Source: Candidatus Hermodarchaeota archaeon (GTDB lineage: Archaea > Asgardarchaeota > Lokiarchaeia > Sigyniarchaeales > SOKP01). From it: 64,000 nucleotides of DNA. The stretch lies in NCBI GenBank assembly GCA_048885925.1, contig JBHLLG010000001.1, positions 291,105 to 355,104 on the forward strand. Reading direction: 5' to 3'. The notes beneath the pieces were generated by a model that was not told where the DNA came from, ran no database searches, and saw only the letters and a list, made by a program, of their open reading frames with translations. A program made the translations under genes and the position numbers. Each line of letters begins with the position of its first letter. Positions within the stretch are counted from its first letter, which is position 1. This document shows, piece after piece, positions 51,752 through 61,588 of this stretch.

Positions 51752-52933
51752 TTGAAATCTAGTAATAAAGATGTATCAAAAATAGAAATTAATAAGTTTG
51801 AAAGGCGTTATGATCTTGATTGGTTGAGAGTTCTTGCCACAATATTAGTGTTTTTATTTCATTGTTCAAGATTTTTTGATCTTTTGGATTGGCATGTAAA
51901 AAATGATGAGCAAGATATTGGTATTACAGTAGCTCAAGTAATGTTATCTGGATTTGGGATGCCAATTTTCTTTATTATTGCGGGAATGGCAACATTTTAT
52001 GCTTTAAGTTATGTAAAAAGCGGATTATATTTAAAAGATAGAGTTATACGTCTTGGGATACCTTTAGTAGTAGGAATGTTTACACACGTATCTATACAAG
52101 TCTATCTTGAAAAAGTAAGTTGGGGTACCTTTAAAGGTTCATTTTTTGAATTTTATCCTCTCTATTTTAAAGGATTACAGGGATTTGGTGGAAATTTCGC
52201 ATGGACAGGGTATCATTTATGGTTCTTACTGGTTCTTCTTATTTTTACATTTATAACTATAAAACCTTTTAATTATCTAAGAAAAGAAGAAAATCTGATT
52301 AAAATTTCAAGATTACCTACTCTTTTACAAAAACCAGGAATGATATTATTACTGGCAATTCCTTTAATTTTCTTAGAATTCATTAATATTTTTATTGAAT
52401 ATCTGGAATTTGGAAGCTGGAATCTTTTCTCATATTTATTAGTTTTTATTTATGGATATATATTTGCTTCTAATAATAAATTTAAACAAGTTATTGAGAA
52501 AAGTAGGAATATTAGCATAGTTTTTGGCGTTATTACAACAATTTTAATTCTTATAATTATGATTTTTTTTCAAGATCAGCTATTGGATGATTCATTACAG
52601 CTTAGTGACTTTTTATTTTATGGTTTGCGTGTAATAAATGGATGGAGCTGGATGATTGTTGTTATAGGTTTATTTAGTGAATACCTCAATAGAGATCATA
52701 AATCACGTAAATTTTTGAACGAAATTGTCATGCCATTTTATGTACTCCATCAGACTATAATAATAATAGTTGGATTCTATATTGTCAGTTTGGATTTGAA
52801 CATTTTAGCAAAATTCCTTATCATCAGCTCATTATCGTTTGTGATTATTATGGGTTTAGTTTTAATTATAAGAAAAGTAAATGTCTTAAGATTTATATTT
52901 GGGATGAGAATTAAAAGAAAAAATAAAACGTAG
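51752..52933 (+). CDS. Acyltransferase-3 (OpgC/MdoC-like) membrane protein
   Basis: RRYDLDWLRV, MPIFF..AG, HLWFL, PFYVLHQ. Confidence 0.88.
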   Translation: MKSSNKDVSKIEINKFERRYDLDWLRVLATILVFLFHCSRFFDLLDWHVKNDEQDIGITVAQVMLSGFGMPIFFIIAGMATFYALSYVKSGLYLKDRVIRLGIPLVVGMFTHVSIQVYLEKVSWGTFKGSFFEFYPLYFKGLQGFGGNFAWTGYHLWFLLVLLIFTFITIKPFNYLRKEENLIKISRLPTLLQKPGMILLLAIPLIFLEFINIFIEYLEFGSWNLFSYLLVFIYGYIFASNNKFKQVIEKSRNISIVFGVITTILILIIMIFFQDQLLDDSLQLSDFLFYGLRVINGWSWMIVVIGLFSEYLNRDHKSRKFLNEIVMPFYVLHQTIIIIVGFYIVSLDLNILAKFLIISSLSFVIIMGLVLIIRKVNVLRFIFGMRIKRKNKT

Positions 52934-53027
52934 TTTAATATATTTTTCTTATTTTTTTTTCTAAAATTTTTTCAATAATGAGTAATTTAGAACTATAATA
53001 GTTTAAATACTATTTACACTGATAAAA

Positions 53028-54389
53028 ATGCCTACTCGTATTGTTGTAATTGGAATGGGATATGTCGGAATCCCTATGGCAGCTTTACTTGCTGATGTAG
53101 AGGATTTTTATGTAACTGGAATTCAACGAAGATCTCAAAGATCGGGATGGAAAATAGATTGGTTAAACCAAGGAAAGAACCCCTTTGAAGGTGAAGAGCC
53201 AGGTTTGGATGAACTAATTGCTAGAATTGTAAAGAATGGTAAATTTAAAGTTACTGATAAATATGATGCTGTTGATGAAGCTGATTATATTCTAATTGAT
53301 GTACAAACTCCAGTAGACGATGATAAAATTCCAAGATATGAATCCTTGCTTGAAGTTTCACAAAAACTCTCAAAACATATAAAAAAGGGAGTGACTATTA
53401 TCCTTGAATCTACTGTGGCACCAGGTACAACCAATAATATAGTAAAACCAATATTAGAAGAGGGGAGTGGATTAATAAGGGGTAAAGATTTTTACCTTGT
53501 ATTTTCATTTGAAAGAGTTATGCCTGGAAAATTGTTGGAATATATAACAGACTTTCCACGTGTTATTGGAGGAGGATGCCCAGAAGCAAATGAGAGCGCC
53601 AAATTTCTGTATGGAAAAGTTGTTAAAAAAGAACTTCAAGTGACCGATACTCTCACTGCAGAATTAACTAAATGCGTTGAAAATGCTTATAGGGATGTCA
53701 ATATCGCATTTGCCAACGAAATGGCTTTACTATGTGAAGATTTTAATAGAAATATCTATGAAATTGTCGAGCTAATAAATCAAAGACATGATAGGATGAT
53801 GCATTATCCTGGTAGTGGTGTAGGGGGGCATTGTCTCACTAAGGATCCTTGGTTATTATTACATGGCTATGATAAATACACAGAAAAGAAAAATAAAGAA
53901 AAAATAAAACTTATACCAAATTCAAGAAATCTCAATGATTATATGCCGTATCATATGGTAGAATTAATGGAAGATGTGTTTAGAGAAGCCCATAAATTAG
54001 TAGACAATATTAAAATAGTTCTTTTGGGTGTTTCCTATAAAGCAGACACAGATGATACCCGTAATACACCTACAGAGAATATAGTAAAGGTTCTTCAAGG
54101 TCGATATCATTCTCATAATATTGTGTATATTGCTCACGATCCTTACGTTAATGAAAGAGATTATAAATTAACAAAATTAACTAATGATTTTAATGAAGCT
54201 GTTTCTGATGCTGATGTTTTAATTTTTGCTACAAACCATAGTGAATATTATAAGATCGAATTAGATGATCTCAAAAAGAAAGTTAGAACTCCAATAATTA
54301 TTGACGGTAGAAATATTTTTAGCAAGAAAAAAGTTGAAGAAAAGGGATTTATATATCGAAAAGTTGGAGAAGGTCCTAATGCGCCTTAA
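53028..54389 (+). CDS. Nucleotide-sugar dehydrogenase (UDP-GlcNAc/ManNAc dehydrogenase family)
   Basis: GMGYVG, ESTVAPGTT, ENAYRDVNIAFANE, GVGGHCL.KDP. Confidence 0.92.
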   Translation: MPTRIVVIGMGYVGIPMAALLADVEDFYVTGIQRRSQRSGWKIDWLNQGKNPFEGEEPGLDELIARIVKNGKFKVTDKYDAVDEADYILIDVQTPVDDDKIPRYESLLEVSQKLSKHIKKGVTIILESTVAPGTTNNIVKPILEEGSGLIRGKDFYLVFSFERVMPGKLLEYITDFPRVIGGGCPEANESAKFLYGKVVKKELQVTDTLTAELTKCVENAYRDVNIAFANEMALLCEDFNRNIYEIVELINQRHDRMMHYPGSGVGGHCLTKDPWLLLHGYDKYTEKKNKEKIKLIPNSRNLNDYMPYHMVELMEDVFREAHKLVDNIKIVLLGVSYKADTDDTRNTPTENIVKVLQGRYHSHNIVYIAHDPYVNERDYKLTKLTNDFNEAVSDADVLIFATNHSEYYKIELDDLKKKVRTPIIIDGRNIFSKKKVEEKGFIYRKVGEGPNAP

Positions 54390-54410
54390 AAATTAGGAAG
54401 ATAAAAAAGA

Positions 54411-54464
54411 TAAGGTTTCAAATCTCATAGTTCTTGCGGAACTCATAACTAAATCCTAACATTT
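54411..54464 (-). ncRNA. 3'-UTR hairpin B, SECIS-like candidate
   Basis: UAGGAUUUAGUU-AUGA-GUUC-CGCAA-GAAC-UAU-GA-GAUU; homologous to 54779-54830. Confidence 0.55.
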
Positions 54465-54491
54465 AATGATTTAATTTATTGAGATTTATTA

Positions 54492-54629
54492 TTATTCATC
54501 CGGAACATTTTGTTTTTTTAGTTTTCGGAGTTTTTGGGCTCTACGGTACCACATACTAAGCATCCCTCAACTTGTACTGTAACAATCATCATCAAATTCT
54601 ATATCAAAATAATCTTCTTGGTCAGTCAT
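54492..54629 (-). CDS. Putative 45-aa selenoprotein B
   Basis: MTDQEDYFDIEFDDDCYSTS(TGA)GMLSMWYRRAQKLRKLKKQNVPDE; TGA at 54567-54569. Confidence 0.6.
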
Positions 54630-54778
54630 TTTAATCATCTAAATTTCATTCTAATTCTTTCGAAATAAATTAAAAATTAAAGAGTGATGATTATGAATAA
54701 TAAATATTATCTTTGAATCGACAATTATTTATAAAAATTAATCAAATTCTATTGATTTAATATAAAAAAGGAACATAG

Positions 54779-54830
54779 TAAGTTTAATCTCGAATTCTTG
54801 GCGGAATTCATGGGATTAAATTCTAGATTT
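54779..54830 (-). ncRNA. 3'-UTR hairpin A, SECIS-like candidate
   Basis: UUUAAUC-CC-AUGA-AUUC-CGCCAA-GAAU-UC-GA-GAUUAAA. Confidence 0.55.
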
Positions 54831-54837
54831 TAACAAT

Positions 54838-54987
54838 TTAATCCTTGAGATTTTTTAATAATTTTTTATGTTTGTATTTTTTTCTGAGATTTCTAAAACC
54901 TTGGATAATTCCATCAATTAATCCTCACCCTGTACAAAAGAATTCTTCTTTTTCTGAATTATCTAATCTATCTTTCCATTCTGACAA
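54838..54987 (-). CDS. Putative 49-aa CxxU selenoprotein A
   Basis: MSEWKDRLDNSEKEEFFCTG(TGA)GLIDGIIQGFRNLRKKYKHKKLLKNLKD; TTG start after AAGTGA; TGA at 54925-54927. Confidence 0.62.
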
Positions 54988-55164
54988 GTCTTTCACTTGT
55001 TTTTGTATATTTATTTGGGAAAAATTTGAAGAAATAAATAACTTACCATTTTCAATAATAAGAAATATAAGAGCTTCATATAACTCATATCTTTATTAGA
55101 AAATTACAATCAATAAATTTTTAAAAATAGAACCTTACATATATTTAAAATTATAAATTTCAAA

Positions 55165-55854
55165 ATGTTGATTTATATGCTCTTTGATTATTGGGATGTA
55201 ATTGGCGCTTTTTTTAATTGGGTAGCAGAATCTGCGGCAATAATGATGGTTTTAAGTGGTTTAATGGCAATTACATGGTTTGGGTATGAGCGAAAACGAA
55301 GAGGGTCATTTCTAAAAAGAAAATCCGGAGTGGAAAAATTTGATATTACAAAATTTCTTCGAGGAATGTCTTATATAGGCTTAGTTCTCGGGATATTTGT
55401 CATTTGGAGCGGGATAATGGGATTGATTTTAGACATAGCTCCTAGTTTAAGATATGAAGAAGTAAATCCTGGGGAAGGGGCAAACCATTTTACCTGTATA
55501 TTTCTAATTGTTATCGGAATTGTCATGTTTTTCAAACCGATTTCAGATTTACCTCTCTCCAGTATATTAGGTCTTTTAGCAGGCACTGCAACAGCTTTTA
55601 TTATTTCATTGGTTATTCCTGATTCTATTGCCGATTTAGTTGGAACCAAGGTATTAAAATGGACATTAGTAATTATATTTATCATTGTAACGGTTATCGT
55701 TGGACTTACGTCTAAATTCTATATCGGAACACTACAAAAAATATCAAAATTTCTCAGCTGGCCTCCAATCGCTTTTATTATCGTGGTATTTTGCTTGGTT
55801 CAAGGTTTGTGTTTATTGCTTGGTGGTTTTAGTATCTTCGCGAATCTTCTATAA
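55165..55854 (+). CDS. Multi-pass membrane protein
   Basis: About 6 TMs; divergent from the UGA micro-ORFs. Confidence 0.8.
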   Translation: MLIYMLFDYWDVIGAFFNWVAESAAIMMVLSGLMAITWFGYERKRRGSFLKRKSGVEKFDITKFLRGMSYIGLVLGIFVIWSGIMGLILDIAPSLRYEEVNPGEGANHFTCIFLIVIGIVMFFKPISDLPLSSILGLLAGTATAFIISLVIPDSIADLVGTKVLKWTLVIIFIIVTVIVGLTSKFYIGTLQKISKFLSWPPIAFIIVVFCLVQGLCLLLGGFSIFANLL

Positions 55855-56201
55855 TTAAAAGTTCTTTTTTTTATTTCTTTCTTAATTCCTTTATAATCTA
55901 GTGATCGTAATTATTTGACAATTTTAATGAATGGTAAAAGTTTATGTATTTAGTATTATAAAGATTAATTATTAATATGGTGCTAAGCTATTAAATCAAT
56001 GCATCCAGTAATTATAATCACAATTTTAGGGAATCTATCGACTTGAACTTTCTTCCTTAGATGAAATGGATATATAAGAAAGATCGCATCGTAATTCTTA
56101 ATAGCATAAGGTTCTTTTAAGATGGAATTAATTTTGAAGATTATTTACTAATTTTAATAAATGTTAAATCTATATCTACCTTAACAAGGAGATTTAAAAA
56201 A

Positions 56202-56480
56202 ATGGCTGGAATAAAAGAGTTAAAGAAAGAACTTTCTGAAATGCGGTTAAGCATGGAGCGGTTGACAGAAGAATTACATGAAACGAATCTAGCAATAAAG
56301 GAGTCATTAGAATTAACTTCTAAAACTATCAAAGAAGCAAGTGAAACATTTTCAAAAACGTTGGAAGAAACGATGGAAAGAATGTCAGATTTGACAATTC
56401 AAATGAATGTAAGAGATACTATTCTTAAAAGCCTTGGTATTGATGGAATGATTCCAGATTTCTTGAAGAAAAAGAAATAA
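56202..56480 (+). CDS. Small coiled-coil protein
   Basis: Heptad pattern; AGGAG upstream. Confidence 0.75.
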   Translation: MAGIKELKKELSEMRLSMERLTEELHETNLAIKESLELTSKTIKEASETFSKTLEETMERMSDLTIQMNVRDTILKSLGIDGMIPDFLKKKK

Positions 56481-56483
56481 ATT

Positions 56484-56678
56484 TTAAATTTTTTGTTCTT
56501 TCTCCCATCTCTTAACGACAAAATACAAGATGACAAGCGAAACAATATAAATTATTGTAATTAACGTCCATAAGGTTATTTCATTGAGATTTTCAGCAAT
56601 AGCACCCATAATTGCCTTATATATAAAAAAAATGCTAAATAGCGCTAATAACCGAATTCCAGATCTTACTTTATCCAT
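56484..56678 (-). CDS. Small two-TM protein
   Basis: Two hydrophobic helices. Confidence 0.7.
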   Translation of the reverse strand: MDKVRSGIRLLALFSIFFIYKAIMGAIAENLNEITLWTLITIIYIVSLVILYFVVKRWEKEQKI

Positions 56679-56766
56679 GATTCATTACAAACTTATAATT
56701 AATATTTAAAATAATATAATACTTAAAACTAATATCATAATAAAGAATAATATAATAAAGGATATT

Positions 56767-56979
56767 TTGTATAAAATGTCAGAAAAAACTCCTCCTATTT
56801 GTTATACCTGTGGTAATACATGTGAAGATAAAATGGAAAACACTCATTACTGTATATGTGATATTGCTATATGCCATGATTGTATCAATTCTGTAAAAAA
56901 AAATAATCAAATTTGGATTTGTCCTAATTGTAAAGAAGAAAATAATATAGAAGATAGTAAATTGTTCCGATCAAGTTAA
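56767..56979 (+). CDS. Standalone C4C4 RING-like Zn finger
   Basis: C-x2-C-x13-C-x-C-x4-C-x2-C-x12-C-x2-C; probable start ATG 56776. Confidence 0.75.
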   Translation: MYKMSEKTPPICYTCGNTCEDKMENTHYCICDIAICHDCINSVKKNNQIWICPNCKEENNIEDSKLFRSS

Positions 56980-57190
56980 TTTAATAAATCTTTAATTTAA
57001 ATTCAAATTGTTTAATACAAGATATTTAGCCTATGATGAAAATAGATTAATTATGACGTCCTTATGATAAAATTGAGGAAAACTGAGGCTAAAGAAAAGC
57101 TAATTTTTAGAAAACTAATAAAAACTCACAAAGATATAAAGCTTTGTTTATTTTAACATCATAAGAAAATTAATTTATTTATGATTTTCA

Positions 57191-57679
57191 TTGCCAGATA
57201 ACATTATATCCAAAGTAGTCGAATTAGAAAATTGTAATAAAGATAAATTTATTGAAGCCTTTTTTAAACCAGAGTTTTGGTTAATAATAAATCCTGCTAA
57301 AAAGATGGAAGCCAAATTCACTGCTCCAAATGTTTTATATACAAAGATCGTAGATGACATAATTAATATAAAAGTTGAGATGGAAGGGGAATTAGTTCTT
57401 CAAGATCTAGGAGAACAAGAAGGAGATAAAGGACGAATGATTAACATGAATGTTCGAAATAATAAGGATGTTAAAGAATTAGAGGGACGAATTAGAATAA
57501 AAGCAATATCTCCTAACAGATCGAAAATTGGAGTCTTTATTGATAGTTTTACACTGAGTAGTAACTTTCTTGGTTTGATTGGAAGAAGTGTGGCAGAACT
57601 TACGTTAAGAACGAAAATAACTGAAATGCTACGTAATTTAGAGCGTTGGTTGAAAAAAAACTCATTTGATGACTTATGA
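57191..57679 (+). CDS. Hypothetical protein, possibly SRPBCC/START-like fold
   Basis: Size, beta-rich core and long C-terminal helix (TEMLRNLERWL). Confidence 0.55.
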   Translation: MPDNIISKVVELENCNKDKFIEAFFKPEFWLIINPAKKMEAKFTAPNVLYTKIVDDIINIKVEMEGELVLQDLGEQEGDKGRMINMNVRNNKDVKELEGRIRIKAISPNRSKIGVFIDSFTLSSNFLGLIGRSVAELTLRTKITEMLRNLERWLKKNSFDDL

Positions 57680-57754
57680 TTGTATTCATATAATATATTA
57701 ATTAATATAAAAGATTAATATCAATTAGAATATCTTTAAAAATAGGGTTAAGAA

Positions 57755-58603
57755 ATGAATATTTGGGTGATGGAATCAGACTCGGGTATTACTCTTGTCT
57801 ATAAGCCCTACATGGACTTTCCAGTAAATGAAGATTTAGTGTCAGGGCTTTTAACAGCTCTAAATCAATTTACAATGGTAGAATTCAAGCAAGGAATAGA
57901 ATCTATTGAGATGGGAGGGCTAAGATGGGTATATATACTAGATAAAGAAACTAATCTTTTATTTATAGGAGCAGATGCTAAAGATGTAACTGCTGAAATA
58001 TTAAGAGCTCGTTTAGATGTAATCCGCCATACATTTATTCAGCAATATGCACAAAAAGGAAATCGATGGGGGAGTAAATGGGCAGGAAATGTTGAGATCT
58101 ATAAACCCTTTGAAGATGTGATTGATGAATATTATACCCAATGGAAACAGGCAGAACGTATTACAACCGTAGCTGAATTTTTTGATTTTTTAGGGATTTT
58201 TCAACAAATATTAAATTTAGTAATTAATGTAATTGAAGGTCATTTATCTGAAGAAAAGAAACAGATTATTTATGAGAGAATTGAAAAGATTTTCAAGCAC
58301 TATTCAAACTTAGAAGTTGTCAAAAAAAATCCAGAATTGAGGAAAATTTCGTTTGAAAGAACAAGGGGATTTAATATTATTAATATAGACCCTATGAATT
58401 GCGATATGTACCTTGTGGAGAAGCAATTAATTGGGCTAAATAGAAGAATTGTCGAAATTCTAAAAGAAGAAGAAGGATACTTCTCAAGTCTGAAATACTT
58501 TATTAAAGAAAACATATTTGATTATTTGATATCAAATTTTAACCTGCTTAATGATCTTAATTTATTCACATTTTTACTTCAATTATTTTTAGTAAAATCA
58601 TAA
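57755..58603 (+). CDS. Longin-like domain protein
   Basis: IWVMESDSGITLVY...DLVSGLLTALNQF...IESIEMGG pattern typical of Asgard longin-like domains. Confidence 0.65.
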   Translation: MNIWVMESDSGITLVYKPYMDFPVNEDLVSGLLTALNQFTMVEFKQGIESIEMGGLRWVYILDKETNLLFIGADAKDVTAEILRARLDVIRHTFIQQYAQKGNRWGSKWAGNVEIYKPFEDVIDEYYTQWKQAERITTVAEFFDFLGIFQQILNLVINVIEGHLSEEKKQIIYERIEKIFKHYSNLEVVKKNPELRKISFERTRGFNIINIDPMNCDMYLVEKQLIGLNRRIVEILKEEEGYFSSLKYFIKENIFDYLISNFNLLNDLNLFTFLLQLFLVKS

Positions 58604-58772
58604 AATTTTAGCTTATTCCATAAACTGAGGTAAAAAAAAAAAGATCTAATCGTTTGCATAAAATATTCAAATGATTTTTTACTATAAATAAAATAGGTCT
58701 ATTTTATAAGATTTATTAGATGTTGATTATTTACTTTATTAATTATTTTCTATTTATTGACTTCTAACAATA

Positions 58773-60071
58773 ATGGACCTCGTTCTTCTTATAATAATTT
58801 TCGTTTTATTTTTTTTAATTATTTTAAGTTATACAAAAGCAGATTTAGATTTTGTGGCTATTTCTCTTCTTTGTTGTTTTATAGCTGCAACAATTACCGG
58901 TATGACAAAAGGCTTGGATCTAATTCATTTCATCAAAGAAATTGAATGGGAAGCAATTATAATAATACTCAGTATGAGTTTAATAACAAAAATAGCTCAA
59001 GATTCAAATATTTTAGAATTTGTAGCAGTAAAACTCTTTAAATTGTCAAGAGGTAATCAAAGAGTGTTCTTTTGGCTTCTATGTGTAATAACCACACTTT
59101 TAGCTTCTATTATAAGTGATGTAGTTGTAGTCTTAATTTTAGCTCCTATCGTGGTCCGACTTTGTCATTTTCTTAAAATTAGATCTGGAACTTATCTTTT
59201 AGGTATGACAATCTGTATCAACATTGGTTCAATTATTACTCCTTTTTCTAGTGGTGAAAATATTATTATTTCTACAGCATTTAACCTTAACACACTTTAC
59301 TTTATACAATTTTTTTGGGGTTTTTCATTCTTTCTATTATTTGCTACAATCTTCTTATTGGATAAATTTTTTCTAAGTAAGGAGCCTAAAATTGAAGAAA
59401 TGCAAAAAAAATTTGTCATGGATCTAATAGATACAGATATTATGGTGAAAAATAAAAAAATGTTCTATTTCAATAGTATTGCTATAATAATTACTATTAC
59501 ACTTTTCGCAATTTTACCGTTTTTATATCTAACAGCCGCAGTTTCTGCTTTAATTTTGGTTATAGTAAATAAAAGTTATACAAAAAAACCTATGAGTGAA
59601 CTTTTAAAAGATGTTGAATGGGAAATCTTATTTTTTTTCATTTCTTTATATGTAGTTATTGAATGTCTTTTACAAGCAGGTTTTAAAGAAATTTTTGAGG
59701 CAATACCATTTGAAACAATAAACCCCTTTCTCTTATCGTTTCTTATCTTAATAATTATCAGCTCTATCTCTGGAATTGTTGCAAATACACCGACAGCTTT
59801 AATTTTTATTCCAATAATAACAACCTTAATAGAAGATTTTAATTTTTCATCAGTGCCTTTGCTTTTTGCGTTCATTATCGGAATTAATCTAGGAGGAAAT
59901 TTTATTCCACAAGGGGCAGCATGCGATATGATGACTTTGAAGATTGCAAGAGATTCAGGAGTAGATAATTTAGATTATAAGCGTTTATTAAAAATGGGAG
60001 CTATGTTTGCTTTTATTCATATTGGAATCTCAATATTATTTATACTTATTTTAGTTCCAATTTTTGGGTAA
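58773..60071 (+). CDS. ArsB/NhaD/SLC13-type ion transporter
   Basis: INIGSIITPFSSGENIII, NTP, NLGGNFIPQGA; about 11 TMs. Confidence 0.85.
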   Translation: MDLVLLIIIFVLFFLIILSYTKADLDFVAISLLCCFIAATITGMTKGLDLIHFIKEIEWEAIIIILSMSLITKIAQDSNILEFVAVKLFKLSRGNQRVFFWLLCVITTLLASIISDVVVVLILAPIVVRLCHFLKIRSGTYLLGMTICINIGSIITPFSSGENIIISTAFNLNTLYFIQFFWGFSFFLLFATIFLLDKFFLSKEPKIEEMQKKFVMDLIDTDIMVKNKKMFYFNSIAIIITITLFAILPFLYLTAAVSALILVIVNKSYTKKPMSELLKDVEWEILFFFISLYVVIECLLQAGFKEIFEAIPFETINPFLLSFLILIIISSISGIVANTPTALIFIPIITTLIEDFNFSSVPLLFAFIIGINLGGNFIPQGAACDMMTLKIARDSGVDNLDYKRLLKMGAMFAFIHIGISILFILILVPIFG

Positions 60072-60131
60072 TTAAAAAATCCAAAAAAATAAAAAAGGAA
60101 AATATTGCAAAACAATTTATGTTTTCTTAAA

Positions 60132-61382
60132 TTAAAGCCATCCTCTAAGGCGCATTGCATCGATCACACGCTCAAGAGCGATCATATAAGCACCCATTCG
60201 ATTATGGGTGTTAAATTTCTTAGTTTGTTCAACAGTGGAACGGTATGCTCTTGTCATTACTCGATCTAACGCTTCAAAAACTTCTTTTTCTGTCCAAAAA
60301 TATCTATAATAACCTTGAACCATTTCAAAATAAGAAACAGTAACTCCTCCTGCATTACATAAAAAGTCAGGAATTACCTGAATTCCTTTCTCAAAAAGGA
60401 TTTGGTCTGCATCTGGTGTAGTAGGTCCATTAGCAAGTTCGGCGACAATTTTGCATTTAATATTATTTGCATTTTCTTTAGTAATAACATTTTCTAGAGC
60501 AGCAGGAACAAGAATATCACATTCTAATTCTAACAAATCTTCATTAGTTATTTCTTTAGTCCCATCTAAACCAATGACTGATCTTGTTTTACTCTTATGA
60601 TCTGCTGCTTTTTGAGCATTAAGTCCATTATTATTAAAGATGCCACCTCTTGAGTCTGAAACTGCGATAATGTTACAGTTAAAGTCAGTTTGTAAGATCT
60701 TTGCTGCCCAAGAGCCTGCATTTCCATAACCTTGAACTGCTACTCTTGCACCATTCAAATTTAATCCAATATCATTTGCTGCTTCTCTTATTGTATAGAT
60801 ACCACCTTGTGCTGTTGCTATGGATCTACCAGCACTACCACCTAATGGAAGTGGTTTTCCTGTGATAACAGAAGGAGCGTGATGACGCACTATTTTTTCG
60901 TATTCATCTTGCATCCAAGCCATAATTTGAGGATTTGTATATACATCTGGGGCGGGAACATCAATATTTGGTCCAATAAAATCCGCAAGTTGTCGAATGT
61001 AGCTTCTGGCAAGTGTTTCAAGTTCTCTATTACTCATTTTCCTTGGATCACATATTATCCCTCCTTTTGCACCTCCTAAAGGAATATCAACACAGGCTGT
61101 TTTCCATGTCATCCATGCAGATAAAGCTTTTACAAGTGAAGCACTTTCTTCCGGGTGCCATCTAATTCCTCCCTTCATAGGTCCACGTGCGGAATTATAC
61201 TGAGATCTAAAACCTTTAAAAGTTTTTATTGTTCCATTATCCATTTTCATGGTAATCTTGATTTCAATGAATCTTTCGGGCTCACTAAGTGCGGTATATG
61301 TATCATTGTCATAATTAGCTAACTGACAAGCATCATGAAGTTGTGTTTTTGCAATGTTAAATGGGTCCAAATTTTCACTCAT
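60132..61382 (-). CDS. gdhA: Glutamate dehydrogenase (Glu/Leu/Phe/Val family)
   Basis: GPMKGGIRWHP, GGAKGG, DVPAPD, QGYGNAG, ANGP, NAGGVTVSYFE. Confidence 0.95.
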   Translation of the reverse strand: MSENLDPFNIAKTQLHDACQLANYDNDTYTALSEPERFIEIKITMKMDNGTIKTFKGFRSQYNSARGPMKGGIRWHPEESASLVKALSAWMTWKTACVDIPLGGAKGGIICDPRKMSNRELETLARSYIRQLADFIGPNIDVPAPDVYTNPQIMAWMQDEYEKIVRHHAPSVITGKPLPLGGSAGRSIATAQGGIYTIREAANDIGLNLNGARVAVQGYGNAGSWAAKILQTDFNCNIIAVSDSRGGIFNNNGLNAQKAADHKSKTRSVIGLDGTKEITNEDLLELECDILVPAALENVITKENANNIKCKIVAELANGPTTPDADQILFEKGIQVIPDFLCNAGGVTVSYFEMVQGYYRYFWTEKEVFEALDRVMTRAYRSTVEQTKKFNTHNRMGAYMIALERVIDAMRLRGWL

Positions 61383-61588
61383 TTTACTCTTACACCTTTA
61401 TATTCTGCTTTTCTCTTTAAAAAAATGAATTTTTTTCAATTTCAATAACAATAGAAATATATTTTCTGAAGAGATTTTAAACTTCTTTTTATTTAAAATG
61501 AATAATACTTAATTAAATAGAATAATAAAAATAAAAGTTTGCGTGGGAAAGATCTGGGAATTTTTGAGTAATTTCAAAAAAGAGATTT

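Noticed and set aside
54845-55099. 84-aa plus-strand ORF in the track
   Set aside because: Antisense shadow of putative selenoprotein A and its upstream region; F/S/L-rich composition typical of reverse frames
1362-61079. Many 60-110 aa ORFs nested in or antisense to long genes (e.g. 1362-1571, 12770-13018, 28944-29216, 50115-50444, 59576-59875)
   Set aside because: Overlap well-supported genes and have no motifs
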